Below, piece by piece: positions 37,911 through 52,189 of a stretch of DNA of 64,000 bases. Under the pieces are notes generated by a model. It was not told where the DNA came from, did not search any database, and saw only the letters and a list, made by a program, of their open reading frames with translations. This DNA is from Octopus bimaculoides (lineage: Eukaryota), in NCBI RefSeq assembly GCF_001194135.2, contig NC_068983.1:156299991-156363990 (forward strand). Direction: 5' to 3'. The position numbers and the translations under genes were made by a program. The stretch's first letter is position 1; each line of letters begins with the position of its first letter.

Positions 37911-38190
37911 GGCTCTGGAACTTATTTGAAAATGATACCAGGCTTATCATCCCTACAGGAAGTGCAAAAAATCGTGTTAACTGGAATGACTCACGCACTG
38001 AGAAGAGCATTATCGCTGTGAAAACAACATCCATTCATGAATTTATTTATTTATTATTTTTCTTAAATACATATTTTACCTGTGAACTTGCGTGTGGAAA
38101 CTGGGAATGCATACAATGAGCTTCTTTGCCTTGGGCGTACAGAAAACCCTCGGCTAGAAATGGAAGAAAATTTGAAGAAAGAAGAAAAAA
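37909..38190 (+). mobile_element. R4/Dong-like LINE 3' end (C-terminus plus 3' UTR)
   Basis: KGSGTYLKMIPGLSSLQEVQKIVLTGMTHALRRALSL*, resembling RLE-LINE C-termini (QK..LLGT..ILR..L); flanked by (TAA)n. Confidence 0.65.
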
Positions 38191-38219
38191 CAACAATAAT
38201 AATAATGATGATAATAATA

Positions 38220-38440
38220 TCAGAAACCGGACATTGTTGAGGTGAATAAAACGAAAGAACATGTATGATAATCGACATAGCATGGCTTGGAGACAACAGG
38301 ATCACTGTGAAAAAAGAAAGATAAACAAATGCAAGAATTCTTCGCAGGGTTCTTGGAGCATGACTAGTGTCACCTTAGTCTACTGGCTGTGAGCAGCTGA
38401 CACTTTCCATCATACCCATCAAAATAAGCTATGAGTTTTC
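38220..38440 (+). mobile_element. Internally deleted copy of the 38819-39640 LINE family
   Basis: KPDIVEVNK...MIIDIA..GDNRI, then jumps to ARILRRVLGA*; 3' UTR 38370-38440 closely matches 39565-39638. Confidence 0.8.
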
Positions 38441-38442
38441 TA

Positions 38443-38466
38443 CCCTAACCCTAACCCTAACCCTAA
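38443..38466 (+). repeat. Interstitial telomere-type repeat (CCCTAA)4
   Basis: Exact 4 units between a LINE 3' UTR end (TGAGTTTTC) and another LINE 3' fragment (38468-38563). Confidence 0.85.
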
Positions 38467-38593
38467 CACCTACATGAACTTCTAACTTGTTGTCTCTTGA
38501 GGTCTCTGGGTGAGACTTGCATCCAACTTGTACAAATGCAAAACAAAAGTCAAACATAAAACAATAATAATAATAATAATGATGATGATGATA

Positions 38594-38639
<46 letters not shown>

Positions 38640-38818
38640 NNNNNNNNNNNNNNNNNNNNNNNNNNNNNNNNNNNNNNNNNNNNNNNNNNNNNNNNNNNNN
38701 NNNNNNNNNNNNNNNNNNNNNNNNNNNNNNNNNNNNNNNNNNNNNNNNNNNNNNNNNNNNNNNNNNNNNNNNNNNNNNNNNNNNNNNNNNNNNNNGAGGA
38801 GGAGGAGGAGGAGGAGGA

Positions 38819-39640
38819 TAACGGCCAATATTCAAGAGATACAAACGCCAGGACAGATACAGAAGACCGGTGGCTATGGATGAGGAAGAGCGAGCTGAAG
38901 ATAGAGACTGAAACACTCATATGCGCTATCCAAGAACTAGCGTTAAAGATTATGTGAAGTGCAAAATCGACAACACTACCGACAGCGACAAATACAGAAT
39001 GTGCGGTAACGGGGGCGAAACGGTACGGCACATCGGTAGCAAATGCCTGAAATTGGCACAACGGGATTACAAAAGACGACATGACAATGTAGCAAGAATG
39101 GTCCAATGGGAGATCTGTGGAAATCATGGCCTTCAAAGAGCAAAGACGTGGTATGAGCAAATTCCGGAAGGAATCACCGAGAATGAAAATTGCAAAATCC
39201 TGTGGGATGCAATGATTCAGTGCGATCATCTGACCAGACATCGGGAACCGGACATTGTTGTGGTGAAAAAGAAGAAAGAACATGCATGATAATCGTCATA
39301 GCATGTCCCAGTGACAACAGGATCAAAGAGAAAGAAGAAAATGAGCAACTATAACGATTTGAAGTGGGAAATTCGAAGCTTGTGGTCAATAAGGAGAGTA
39401 GACGTGGTACCAATAGTAATTGGTACACTTCGAAATATCAGCACTCAACTACCAATATGACACAAACAGATTGTGCAAATGTAAAGGTAGAGCACCTAAA
39501 AAAATCTGCATTACCTGGAACTGCAAGAATTCTTCAGTGTTCTTGAAGCATAACCAGTAAACATGTGTCACGTTAGTCTGCTGGCTGTGAGCAGCCGACA
39601 CTTTCAAACACACCCATCAAAATAAGCTGTGAGTTTTCAT
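38819..39640 (+). pseudogene. 5'-truncated R4/Dong-like non-LTR retrotransposon (CCHC plus RLE endonuclease, 3' UTR, TAA tail)
   Basis: WLWMRKSELKIETE; YRMCGNGGETVRHIGSKC (decayed CCHC); YKRRHDNVAR; KILWD; REPDIVVV..K...MIIVIACPSDNRIKEKE; VVPIVIGTL; SALPGTARIL; ends in TAATAATAATAA. Confidence 0.9.
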
Positions 39641-39886
39641 ATAATAATAATAAAAATACCAGTAGAGTGAAGATGAAAAGCTTGAAGAGAAATTTTTAAT
39701 ATGTCCCTTATACAGCGTGTTGTGTTCATTTGAAATGGTTTCCACACATCCATGTACATGGACATGAGCTGTTCACTTCAAATACAAACGTGTGTGTGTG
39801 TGGTATTGACATACAAGAATCCGTATAAGCATGAATACATAGATCTATGCATTATATATGTTTGCCAAGGTTTATCGAAGAGAAAT

Positions 39887-39939
<53 letters not shown>

Positions 39940-40975
39940 NNNNNNNNNNNNNNNNNNNNNNNNNNNNNNNNNNNNNNNNNNNNNNNNNNNNNNNNNNNNN
40001 NNNNNNNNNNNNNNNNNNNNNNNNNNNNNNNNNNNNNNNNNNNNNNNNNNNNNNNNNNNNNNNNNNNNNNNNNNNNNNNNNNNNNNNNNNNNNNNNNNNN
40101 NNNNNNNNNNNNNNNNNNNNNNNNNNNNNNNNNNNNNNNNNNNNNNNNNNNNNNNNNNNNNNNNNNNNNNNNNNNNNNNNNNNNNNNNNNNNNNNNNNNN
40201 NNNNNNNNNNNNNNNNNNNNNNNNNNNNNNNNNNNNNNNNNNNNNNNNNNNNNNNNNNNNNNNNNNNNNNNNNNNNNNNNNNNNNNNNNNNNNNNNNNNN
40301 NNNNNNNNNNNNNNNNNNNNNNNNNNNNNNNNNNNNNNNNNNNNNNNNNNNNNNNNNNNNNNNNNNNNNNNNNNNNNNNNNNNNNNNNNNNNNNNNNNNN
40401 NNNNNNNNNNNNNNNNNNNNNNNNNNNNNNNNNNNNNNNNNNNNNNNNNNNNNNNNNNNNNNNNNNNNNNNNNNNNNNNNNNNNNNATATATATATATAT
40501 ATGTATGTATGTATGTATGTATATATATGTATGTATGTATATATATCATATAGAAAATGTCACCTGTTTTTGTCTTGTTTCTTCCACTTCTGCCATTCCT
40601 CATCATCCTCCTCCTTCTTCTTATCCGCTTCCTCCTTTGCTAACTGCTCTACACTCTACATGCAGATCATTTGTACCTACATACACACTCATACATACAT
40701 ATAAGCGAGCATACATGTATACATATATATGTGTGTGTGTCTCTCTGTGTGTCTATATACATATCTGTGTGCACATATATATATATATGTGCGTGTGTGT
40801 GTGTGTGTGTATACATATTCATATATATATATATATTCATACAGCCATACTAATACAAGTATAATATTTGGTACCGCACAAATCGTTTGTAGTTTGTCAT
40901 TCACTTTCTGATACTGCTTCTCTTTCTTCCACTTTCTTTCTCTCATTCGCTTGTCAATCTATCTCCCCTCTCTCT

Positions 40976-41035
<60 letters not shown>

Positions 41036-41538
41036 CATATATGCAAACATGTGCGTGTATGTTCTTTTTTTTCATTTTCATAAAATAATATCATATCATA
41101 CAAACAATAATATATTAAACTAAGTCCAATGCATAGAAACAGAAAGATATTTTAAAATGTTTACTGTTTGGCTATAATAAGGAAACTCTTTCATGGCTAT
41201 ACTATAATAATGTTTAAATCTATTTACATAAACTTACATAAATCTTCAAAATGTTTTAGAATATCTTAGAATCTATTTACCAACCATTTGGAAGATCACT
41301 ATATATGTGTCTCTCAGTATACATAACATATATCAATAATTCAATCACCATATCCACCTCTGCAACAAGCAGCGGAAAATCTTTTCTCTCTGTCTATATG
41401 TGCTACATTATTCTCTGACAGTCGTCCTCCTTTCTCTCACCCTCTCTCTTTCACCTCTATGCCTCTTTGTTACTTACTCTTGCTAATCTAATCAGACACA
41501 CGTTTAAACACACAGGAAACACATTATAGTCTAACTCT

Positions 41539-41653
<115 letters not shown>

Positions 41654-41939
41654 AATAGATAGAGTGTGAGATAGACGAAGAAATACAGAATAAGATACCT
41701 CTGGAAATATACTAAAAATTCTATAGTATAAGATCTTTATCTTTTACTTTTTTTCAGTCATTGGATTGCAGTCATGCTGACACACTTCCTCTAGGGGTTT
41801 AGTCAAATAAATTGGACTGTATTGAGTTCTATTGTGAGGTCATTAATTGACGGTGGTGGGGGATAAACCAACACCACCTGTCCAGCGATAGTGAAGAACA
41901 AACTCAAACACACCCAAGAACATAAAAGAATATATATAT

Positions 41940-41990
<51 letters not shown>

Positions 41991-44024
41991 ATAGAGATAG
42001 AAAGATAGAGAGATAAAGAGAGAGAGTGGGAGGAGATAGAGATAGAGAGATAGAGTGGGAGGAGATAGAGATAGAGAGATAGAGTTAGATATAGAGGGAG
42101 GGATAGAGATAAGTCAAAAGCTAAGATCTCAAAACCATAATAGAAGAAAATACTTGGTTCTAGCTAAACATGTTACCCACGGTGACGTTAGTTCTTACCT
42201 TACTCGTTCATATTTGCCGAGTCAAATTGTTGGCAGAAATTAAATATTATTTGTATAATATTTTTATGATTTGCTATTTTTAAATGTTAATTTTCTAGTG
42301 TTTAGAAATTTACCAATTCCTACTTTTTTTATCGCGCTAACAGAAATAAAATCTAGTAAAAGTGAAAGAGAGGTGAGGAATTACTCCCGTTAACAACACA
42401 GATCCACAAAATAGATTTATAACGTAGAAACGTGGCTGAAAATTGTCACGAAAATACTAGTAGCTAATTCATTGCTTATTTCGACAGATTCTCTACTAGA
42501 ATACAAGGCAGCGAAGGCGAACTTGAAAACATGGTTGCTCAACAACTTTCATAGAAAGAAACGAAGTGCAACTAAATTCATATACTATATTTTACACAAA
42601 GCATAATGAAAGTGATTAAGGCCAAAATATATTGCTTTGTGGGTGAATAATTCTTTTTACTTGAAAGTGAATACAATTGATTCCTCATTTAATAAAATAT
42701 TTCGCCAAACGGTTTTGTATTTCTTTTCTACTTAATTTTTGTAACACATTGCCTGTAAATATTAAAATTCGAATGTTTTATATGCGTATCTGTATATATC
42801 TACGCAGTATATAAGTATGTATCTATATATGTGTATCTTTGTATGTATGTTTATGTACAGACATTGAATTATTGGTGTGTTGACAGTATTTAGTTTCGAT
42901 GCTAAAATATACTATTGAACATATCTATAGATTCTAAGCCAGGAATGTATTTACGATAAATGTAAACAATACACTTATATACACAGTATGCTTGCGAGCA
43001 AAAAAAATGTAACAGGTGTATATGTTGCACATTTCCACTCGTAGAGACTCACCAGCAGCACATACATTTCTTTATTTAGCACCAGTGTCTAAGGTGGTCT
43101 TAATCATGAATTAGGTTCATTTACTTTTCTCTAGGAGCTTCAATAAGGGAATCATAGTTTTACTGTGTTCGTTAACAGATCAAACCTCAACGAAGAGCAG
43201 ATTATTGAGCAGTAGCAATACTCTGGGCACCTAAATGTAGCAGACAGTTGTCATATCAACGTCAGTCCCAGAGGTACGAATCCTACGCTACTGAGTAGGA
43301 TAGCAGATAAGGCTTCTATATACAGTCCATACTACTGACTCTCATGACAAGTCTTTTAGTTATCGTATGTGTAAGTATAGTTTCATTTGCTTCCTTTAGC
43401 TTATTATTCTCCACGGCGAGATTTAACAACAATGGCCAAAAGACCCAGACATTCTAAGAGAGAGAAGATTCATTGAATAACTCAGTAATATTTACCGGGA
43501 CATTCACGGTGCAAACTCTTAACAACAAATATTAGCTAGATTTAAATTGCACTTCGAGAAAACGACAAATTTCAAAGTTCATGGTTTGGTCTCTCGAAAT
43601 CACATTAGTCCACAATCATTTCACAAGTATTTGGAATATTTAAGAACTATTATTAAGCATTATTATCCATTAACCTGGACATTTATTTAAAAGAAAAAAC
43701 GAGTGCTTGTATAAACATGGAAAAAAAAACTCGCAAAATACATCAAATAAAACGACTGTCAGAGAGTGGTTAATAAACATTCTTTCGATGTGGTAGACTG
43801 AATGGTGAGCATCTATGGAATCTGTGCACCATATTGAAGCTACAGTGAAGTACAATCAATTGAATTTCATGTTAAAAGTATGCAAGAATCTTCTCAAGTC
43901 TAGAAAGTGATTGTTTTTGCTGTCTACAGTCCAAAGTTGGAGCTTTGTATCTTTCTTAGAAACCAGCTCCTTTCTCAGAGGAAGAATTTAATTAATAACA
44001 GAAGAGAACATACAATTACAATAT

Positions 44025-44135
44025 CTCCGTTTTCTCTCTCGTCATCTATTCTTTGCGTAGAAGGGCATAGGCTTGAAGCGTCACAGACTTCTTCCATTTT
44101 TCATTAGCGTCAATCTAACACACTCTGTTTTTTGT
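44025..44135 (+). mobile_element. Degenerate second copy of the 32585-32790 PLE-type terminal repeat
   Basis: CTCCGTT...GCGTAGAAGGGCATAGGCTTGAAGCGTCA...TTAGCGTCAAT is collinear with the 32.7-kb copy CTCCGTT...CCGACGAAGGGCTACGCCCGAAACGTCA...TGAGCGTCCAAT. Confidence 0.6.
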
Positions 44136-45914
44136 TCTTTCACCCCGTCTTTGTGTTTTCTTTATATCTGTACCATACATACACGCATACGAACATACAT
44201 ACGTACGTACATATATACATACATACATACATACAAACATACATACATACATACATACATATTCAAAGAATTGCACGTGTATCTATAAGTACATCTATAT
44301 ATATATATAAGTTTGTATGGATCTATGTGTGTGTATATTGAAAACTCGGTATGAGTTTGTACATCTTAGAAATAACTATGCGTGAAAGCACGTGTCATAG
44401 TATTTGTGTATTCTTACGTATGTATATTAGTAGATAATTACGTGTATACTGGTGTATAATTTCTTTCCATTACCTTTTAAGTGAGATTTTTAAAATTCTT
44501 CTGATCTTATGACCGTAACGGTATCTATCGAGATATTTCCGCAATGTATGTTAAACAATCTTTTTTAAATAAAATATACAGAGAGGGAGAGAGAGAGAGA
44601 AACTCTTTGTTTTCATCTTTGCTTGTTAAGTGCATTGGCTTAAAAGCCTTGTGAACCAGCCTAGGAGATTTTCAAATACAAACAATCGATAGATTCTGGG
44701 AAACACTAATATATCTTTAAAAGGTCCTACTTTTTAATTTACTGTATATCCCTATGTCAAACAAGTTAATTACCTTGATATTTTATCAAAGTTTATCGTT
44801 GGTTTGATTTCAATATTTATTTTCAGTGCTTAATTGATCATGTGCCACGCGCGTCTTCAGCCTGACACTATGGAGAAAACATATTTAGTTATTACCGCAA
44901 TTTGCTACAAGAAGCTATAATCACAATATTACAATTCATTTCGTGACCTTCATGTCAGCATTCATAAGGAAACTCTAACGCAGGATTATTAACCTTGACA
45001 TTAAATAGACAATAATTCACAGAACAAATATATGTGTATGTATAAAGCAACAGATAAGCAAAGGTTATTGAGCATATTTTGAAGCAATTATAATATATAA
45101 TTACGAAATAGCCCTCCTACATCAATATTTCGAACATTTTAAATACATCCTACTTAAAAGGTAGTTAACTGTAAAATTATTTAAACCTATCCTATATTTC
45201 CATTTGCACTAATTTTTATTAAATTATCGTCTTCAACGCACAAAAAAAGTAATAATACTGTTTATCATAAATATTTTGTTGTATTAAATATTATGCGACT
45301 AAACACGAAATTTAAGTAATAATTGAATGTTCATTATATTTAATAGATAAATTTGAAATCATAAATTTTCTGGAAATTACTATTAAATTTAAGATACGTT
45401 CATAAAGAAATATTTACAAAATTTTAACCTGCTTGCATATCGTATAAGGATAACAATTACTAAATAATCGAACATAGTCAACTTTTTGATACATGCGAGA
45501 TAACTTTATAACGTGGAAGTAAAATTATAAAATAATTAAATTATCAATTTCACCCTTTTCAGTTGTAGGTGGTTAAATAATTTATGGTTAATTAAAACTG
45601 AAAATTTTTTTTTAAATGCAATTTCTCTTCTTCCATTTACACGCTGACGCTTTTAGTCACATAATCTGAGATTTTAATATGATCGTCTAAGAATATAATT
45701 ATTCATAAGTGTGTATGCGAGTGTGAATGTGGGTGTGTGGGGATGTGCGCGTGCGCGCGGTTGTAGAGTATATCTTAATAGTAAATTCTAGGCTGAAAGA
45801 AATGCTGCTCCTTGAATCTACTAACGAAAAATAGTAACGCTGCTATTGAAATGACATTTAATGTTTCAAACATATTTTTATGTAACGATGGCAGAAAATG
45901 TTTAATATATCAAC

Positions 45915-46109
45915 AATAATCATTTCTATCAAAGGCACAAGGCCTGACATTTTGTGGGGAATGGGATACTCAATTACATTGACGTCATTGCTCAACTGGT
46001 ACTTATGTTATTGACCCCGAAAGAATGAAAGTGAAAGTCGACTGCCGTGTAATTAGAATTCAGAACGTAAAAACGAACGAAATGTCTCTAACGATTCTGA
46101 CAGCTCTCC
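45915..46109 (-). mobile_element. SINE family A, diverged
   Basis: rc: GGAGAGCTGTCAGAATCGTTAG...TTCTGAATTCTAATT...GTCGACTTTCACTTTCATTCTTTCGGGGTCAATAACATAAGTACCAGT...CAGGCCTTGTGCC. Confidence 0.8.
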
Positions 46110-46768
46110 ATCATTACAACGACAACGGTTTTCTGCTAGGCCCTCCTTGATAATATTTTCATATTTGATTCCCAATTCTAATAATTTTTATATTTTACGT
46201 CGTCTAATTATTTCTTTATATAACATCACGGTAGTCCAACAACAGATGGAGAAGCAATTTGTCAAGTTTTACCTTCCCGTCAAAGGAATATAAAGATTAC
46301 AATTCATCAGCCCATTGCAAACAATGAATGAAATAAACATGAAATCGTATAAATTAAAGGACATTGCTACAGATGGATACGCCCCCGAATTTGTTTCCTT
46401 ATAACATCCATAAAAATGAATACTTTTTAACAAGATTTTCTACAAATACCGCTTAGATGTGGTGGTTTCAGAGTATATAGGAATTTTTGGGAAAGAGTTT
46501 TTCCGATGGGTTGGAGAGAGGACTTTTTTCACTCATAACTTTCAGGAAAATTGGTATCTTTTACCGAGAATTTATACAAATCCCTTTCAAACGGCAAAGA
46601 TTACGATTATAAAGAAATTTGTGAGGAAAAGCTTTTCGGGGATTTTCCCCATTCTTTTTAAACTACAGTCTTCGAAATGATGTGGCTGTGGGGTAGAATC
46701 TTTGTATAAATAGTTTTTTTACAACCCCTCCTCCCTCATCATCCAGTGGGACGGAAAATGGAATACTC

Positions 46769-46852
46769 CGCAGTGAATGCAATGAATATTTAAATTTGTG
46801 AAGAATTGGACGCAGTGAATGCAATGAATATTTAAATTTGCGAGAAACTGGA
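46769..46852. repeat. 42-bp tandem duplication (2 units)
   Basis: First 30 bp CGCAGTGAATGCAATGAATATTTAAATTTG identical at 46769 and 46811; last 12 bp diverged. Confidence 0.9.
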
Positions 46853-49559
46853 GTTAAAAAATACAATATACTTGAGAAATCGAAATTACAGGAAATTTCT
46901 TAGAACATGGATTGATAAAAATATTTCGAGACCGTCAACCCTTTAACAATTGCTTTCTTTTAGTACTTTTATTAATTGTTACAAATCGCAGACACTGACA
47001 AGTGGTCTCTCATATACAGATTACTCACTACTGAAAATCAGAGAAGATGACCACCTGTAGGAAAAGGACCATGGGGGATGAAACATCATGAATACACAAT
47101 GGTAGCGAAGAATTGTTCCATCTACCGCCTCAGTCCAATTGCAAATTAAAGATCTTATCTAACGGATTATTATTCGCATTTCGATTATTATTATTTGCTA
47201 TAATTCTTTCTTTCAATTCTCTCGGATATTCATGACACATATCATTTCCTTATTTCCACCAAATACTTTCTTCCTATAATTCATTTGCTTACTTCTCCTT
47301 CTCCACAACATTCTTATCACATTAAAAATATATATAAACACTCACACAGGTGTAATATTATAGGGGACCACTTAAACTTACTATACTGAATAGACAAAAA
47401 AAGTTGTGCGCATGCTAATAATTATAACACAATCTCCATAGTATTTCTCTCCAATTCATACTTCTGGCTCCTGTCTTTCACCATACGCACAAGATATTTA
47501 TTCCTCTAGGCCACCATATCTTTTTACGAGGAACCATAAATATCCATACCATGATCTCATGAAAGGTATCCAAAATATTAGGCAGTATGGAAATCATTGC
47601 ATGTATAACAGCAATACTTATGTAAATACATCATTGTTTGTTAGATTTTGTAAGAACTATCACTTTTATTGATATGATTATAAAAGCTACTTTTAAAGTA
47701 CTTACTATTCTTTTCTTTAGTTGAATGTAGTGAATGACTGCACATTTTTATCATAGGTTTGCTCTAATACTACTTCCGACTAAGATGATATACATATAAT
47801 ATATGCTCTGTACACCTACTAGAATTTATACATTGTTATATCTCATCTATCCCTTCGCTCCATATTCACACACATATGTGTATTTTTATTGTGAATGCTT
47901 TTTTGTAGATGTTTCATATGTTTGGTTTTCGGTTGTGATACTCGTTGAGTTCTAGAGTTACAAATAACGTATACTTTCTACGACTCTTTTGGATCCTCTG
48001 TACTTCGATTCCGACGCACAGACTTTAGCTCGAATAAAAACTTGACAGTCGCAAACATATCAATTTACAACCAGTAATTATGGTGTCATTGCTGTTATTT
48101 GAAAATTCACTTTCATTTCTGGCCAACTCCATTGACGAAGACATATCTATGGGCAAAGGAAAATGATACCTTGTGACGTTCGTAATTTTCTAAAAATTTC
48201 CTAGAAAGAATTAGCTGTTAATAGATACACACGAATTGTATAGATACGACGATCACTATAAATTTATCAACTTTCATCTTTCTGCATGGATTTCATGAAG
48301 AACCGTTTAAACTTGTGGATAACTAAAATTACTAATATGAATCTATTTAGATATAAACGGTTCCTAGTCGGACAATAATTTTCACAATATTTAATGTAAA
48401 TGTTGTCATTTCTGATATTTTAGAATTCGAATCTAACATGGAATGTGGGATTCCACATTTCCTTTGATAGTAACATGATCGAGAAATTACGTACAAGTGA
48501 TATAGTAGTAATTATTCAATCGACAAATCTTACACCACCAGAAATATTCTGCCAACAGGATAATAAATAACAATATGATGCTAATAATGTTTACATTATT
48601 TTACTCAATTCTCAGTATGTTTAATGTTGTCTGGCATGAAAGGAGGAAAGCAAATTCTTAGTATACGTAAGAAAAATGGAGGCATTATTCTTCTGAGGAA
48701 AACAGATGTCTTGAAATTTGATCAAACTCCAAATTTTAATAGTGCAAATATTTAGATGCTATTCCCACCTACCATTTCTTTAAAAATTGCACGTCTGGAC
48801 AATGTATATAAAACTCTTATCCTAATTTATGTAGCAACTGTACATTGGCCCAATTACAAAAAGTATATATATAAAATATTCACATTCATTTCAATAGTAT
48901 TTCCAAAGTCTCTCTTCATGGAGGGGGAGAAAATATAATAGAGATGCACGAGATCCTTACAGTGACGACTATTTACGGAAGTCTGACCAGTAGTGAAAAT
49001 TAGCACAAGCTTTATAATGATTATGTGATAGAAAGTAGGTAGAAGGAGCAGTGTTGTGGAGTGAAAGCGAACGGAGTTGTGTGTAAGTAGTAGAAAATTT
49101 TACCGCATGGTCGGAGTGCAAAACTGTGATTCAAGCGTAGGAGAAATAGAAGCTTAGAAAAATGACATAGGCTCTATTGCTGGAAATGGTCAAAGACATT
49201 AGGAAAATCAAAGGCCATAGCAAATTTTCCGAGACTATCTAGCTGTAAATAGTTACCTGAGAATAGGATGCTTCACCGACTTATTCATAAGAGGCAGCGG
49301 CAAAAGTCACAGCGCCATTTCACATTAAAAACAAGATGAATTCGTAGATGTAGTACGAATTCATACTGTTTTTAATGTGGAATCACACCATGTCGTATAT
49401 CAAAAAGAATTTAAGGTCTATTTCTGTATTCAATTACTACCGCATCTATTGACATGAATATATTTATCTAAACCTCAAATACATAGAAAATGATATTCGA
49501 TCACTGATTGTTTTATTTATTTTATTGTATCCTAATTGTAGTAGTAGTAGTAGTAGTAG

Positions 49560-49594
<35 letters not shown>

Positions 49595-50483
49595 GCAGAG
49601 GTTTCTCGTGGGTAAAGCATAGAGTATTATGCTCATGAGATTTCCCTTTAAATTCTTATTCTTCAAGTTGGACAAAAATTCGAAGCGAAATCATTAAAAT
49701 TTCATATCATAAATTAATGCTTTTCAGACTTTATTTGCAGCAAATAAATACATACATGTTTCTTTTTTTAACTTTCTTCATCTTACCTTCCTCAAGATTT
49801 TCTGTAGATAATAACAAGTCTTATTTTTTTTATTTCCTTGTTCACGCTCTTATATTGCCTCAGTTGATTTAACCGCCAAAATATTTATAAACCATATAAC
49901 TAATGATATTTTTTCCTTTCATTTTATGTTTACTTAATAGGCTAATGTTACAGTGTATATGTGCTTGTGCACAGCATACTGAAAGTGAAAGAGAGAAAGA
50001 AGAAAATTTTTGGCTAGAACTGTTCAAGTTGAACTAACTAACTAACAAATGTTGCAAAATATTTGCTTGATATACAGGAAATGTCATATTTGAAGAAAAT
50101 TGGGCGAAAACGTGCTATATTTATTGCTTGGCTCAAATCCAAAGAATTCACTGAACTCAATATAGATTTTCAGATATCTATCCTAAATACATAACGCCAG
50201 CTTTGTTTGGTGTGATGCTACATCTTAAATGTCGAACTGTCACCGTGAAATCGAAAACCATTATCTATCAGTCTACCAATCTCTCTATCCACTTCTGTAC
50301 ACAAAATTCTTTGCATACATACGTACATAAATATATATACGTATATAGATATACATATATATATACACACATATATATATGTATACAGAGAGAGAGGGGG
50401 AGAGACTATTTATATATACATAAAGACATACAAATACATATAGATAATATATACAAACATACACCATATACACACAGTGAGAT

Positions 50484-50535
<52 letters not shown>

Positions 50536-50539
50536 GAAC

Positions 50540-50581
<42 letters not shown>

Positions 50582-52189
50582 TCATATATACTCATTGCTT
50601 TTGAGAATATGCCATTGGCCTATGATAATTATTGTAAATCTGATAGGGTTCAGTGGCAGGCCGCAGATAGATGTATGGTGAATTTCAATAGGATCTGCGA
50701 CCCGATTTTGATGCACCGATTGAAACAGTTTGGTTTCAATTACAATAACGATATTTGTATGAAAAGACTTTACAATAGCAATATTTAATTTTCATTCTGA
50801 CATATACCCTTGCAATGCCTTTAATTTAAAGACAAACTCTCGGGTATGCCTTTTATAAAATTCCATTCTATATTGACTGACAAATTAGAAAACAGACTAC
50901 ATTATTTATGACTTTGACAAACTTCAATACAGGCATGAATTTCATTAAATCCAGTTACTATTCCGTCTACACACCAACAATTTTGTTATTAATTAGTTAA
51001 AACTAATTCTCGATTGACTGAGTAGTAAGTTCAATTCACATATGTTCATAGTTCCAGAGACATTTTCAGTTGCATGCACCGATTTAGCACGCCAAAACTA
51101 AGACTTTTCAAAATTACTCTTTATAATCAATAGAACCACGTGCACATGTTTTCATTGATGGGAGACAGTTAGCACGCGGTTCTGTTGGATTATAAACTTT
51201 ATGGCAGTCTGTACTGAAGATAAACAGATATTTTCGGTAAGAAAATGTTGATTTTGAAACCATGGTCTAGTATTTTTAATTTTCTCTAGTCTCGCCCGCC
51301 TGTTTTTGCTTCGATGAATTTTTCTATGAAAATGTTTAACTGATCTGCTTCTAGCATATTACCAATCTACTTAATGGTCTCTCTTATATATNNNNNNNNN
51401 NNNNNNNNNNNNNNNNNNNNNNNNNNNNNNNNNNNNNNNNNNNNNNNNNNNNNNNNNNNNNNNNNNNNNNNNNNNNNNNNNNNNNNNNNNNNNNNNNNNN
51501 NNNNNNNNNNNNNNNNNNNNNNNNNNNNNNNNNNNNNNNNNNNNNNNNNNNNNNNNNNNNNNNNNNNNNNNNNNNNNNNNNNNNNNNNNNNNNNNNNNNN
51601 NNNNNNNNNNNNNNNNNNNNNNNNNNNNNNNNNNNNNNNNNGTTTGTGTGTGTATGTGTGCTTATGTTTCTGTAAGTGTATATTGTATTTATGTAACATA
51701 TAAAGAAGAAATGCATTAAGGAGTATAAATCACGGAAGGCAGTAAAAGTTGCTACTCTATGGGATATGTTCAATAGTTGCTATGTACGTTAGTAGACTTC
51801 AGGGAGAGGCAAAAGGAAAAAAGTCCGTAGTATTCATATGACATGAGTTAGTAGACACAAAAAAATCATCACAGGTAAAAAGCGTATAACTAAAAAGATA
51901 TAAGAAATGTATGAATATTCTACTTTACAGCTGTTTCAAGGCTAGTTGCGTAATTGGTCAAGTTTTCTTCATGCTGCCAGCATCTAATAGTTTTGTAGCA
52001 ACATATACCATTTTTGGTGGTAAACTCTTTTGAGATTCAATAACAGATGAATAAATACGAAGAGTAGCTGATATATAGAAATGAGTATAAATGAAAAGTG
52101 ACAGATATATTGTGTACACCCCTGAGGAAAATATATAGAAAGAAAAGGAAAAGAAGAAAGTTCAACACGCCCTGCAGTAGGTAGGTATA

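Noticed and set aside
38900-38925. CTGAAGA...GAAA hammerhead candidate
   Set aside because: No helix II or NUH/helix III; lies within LINE coding sequence.
46769-46852. CRISPR-like repeat-spacer
   Set aside because: Only two units, and the 12-bp spacers are similar to each other; eukaryotic context without cas genes. A simple tandem duplication.
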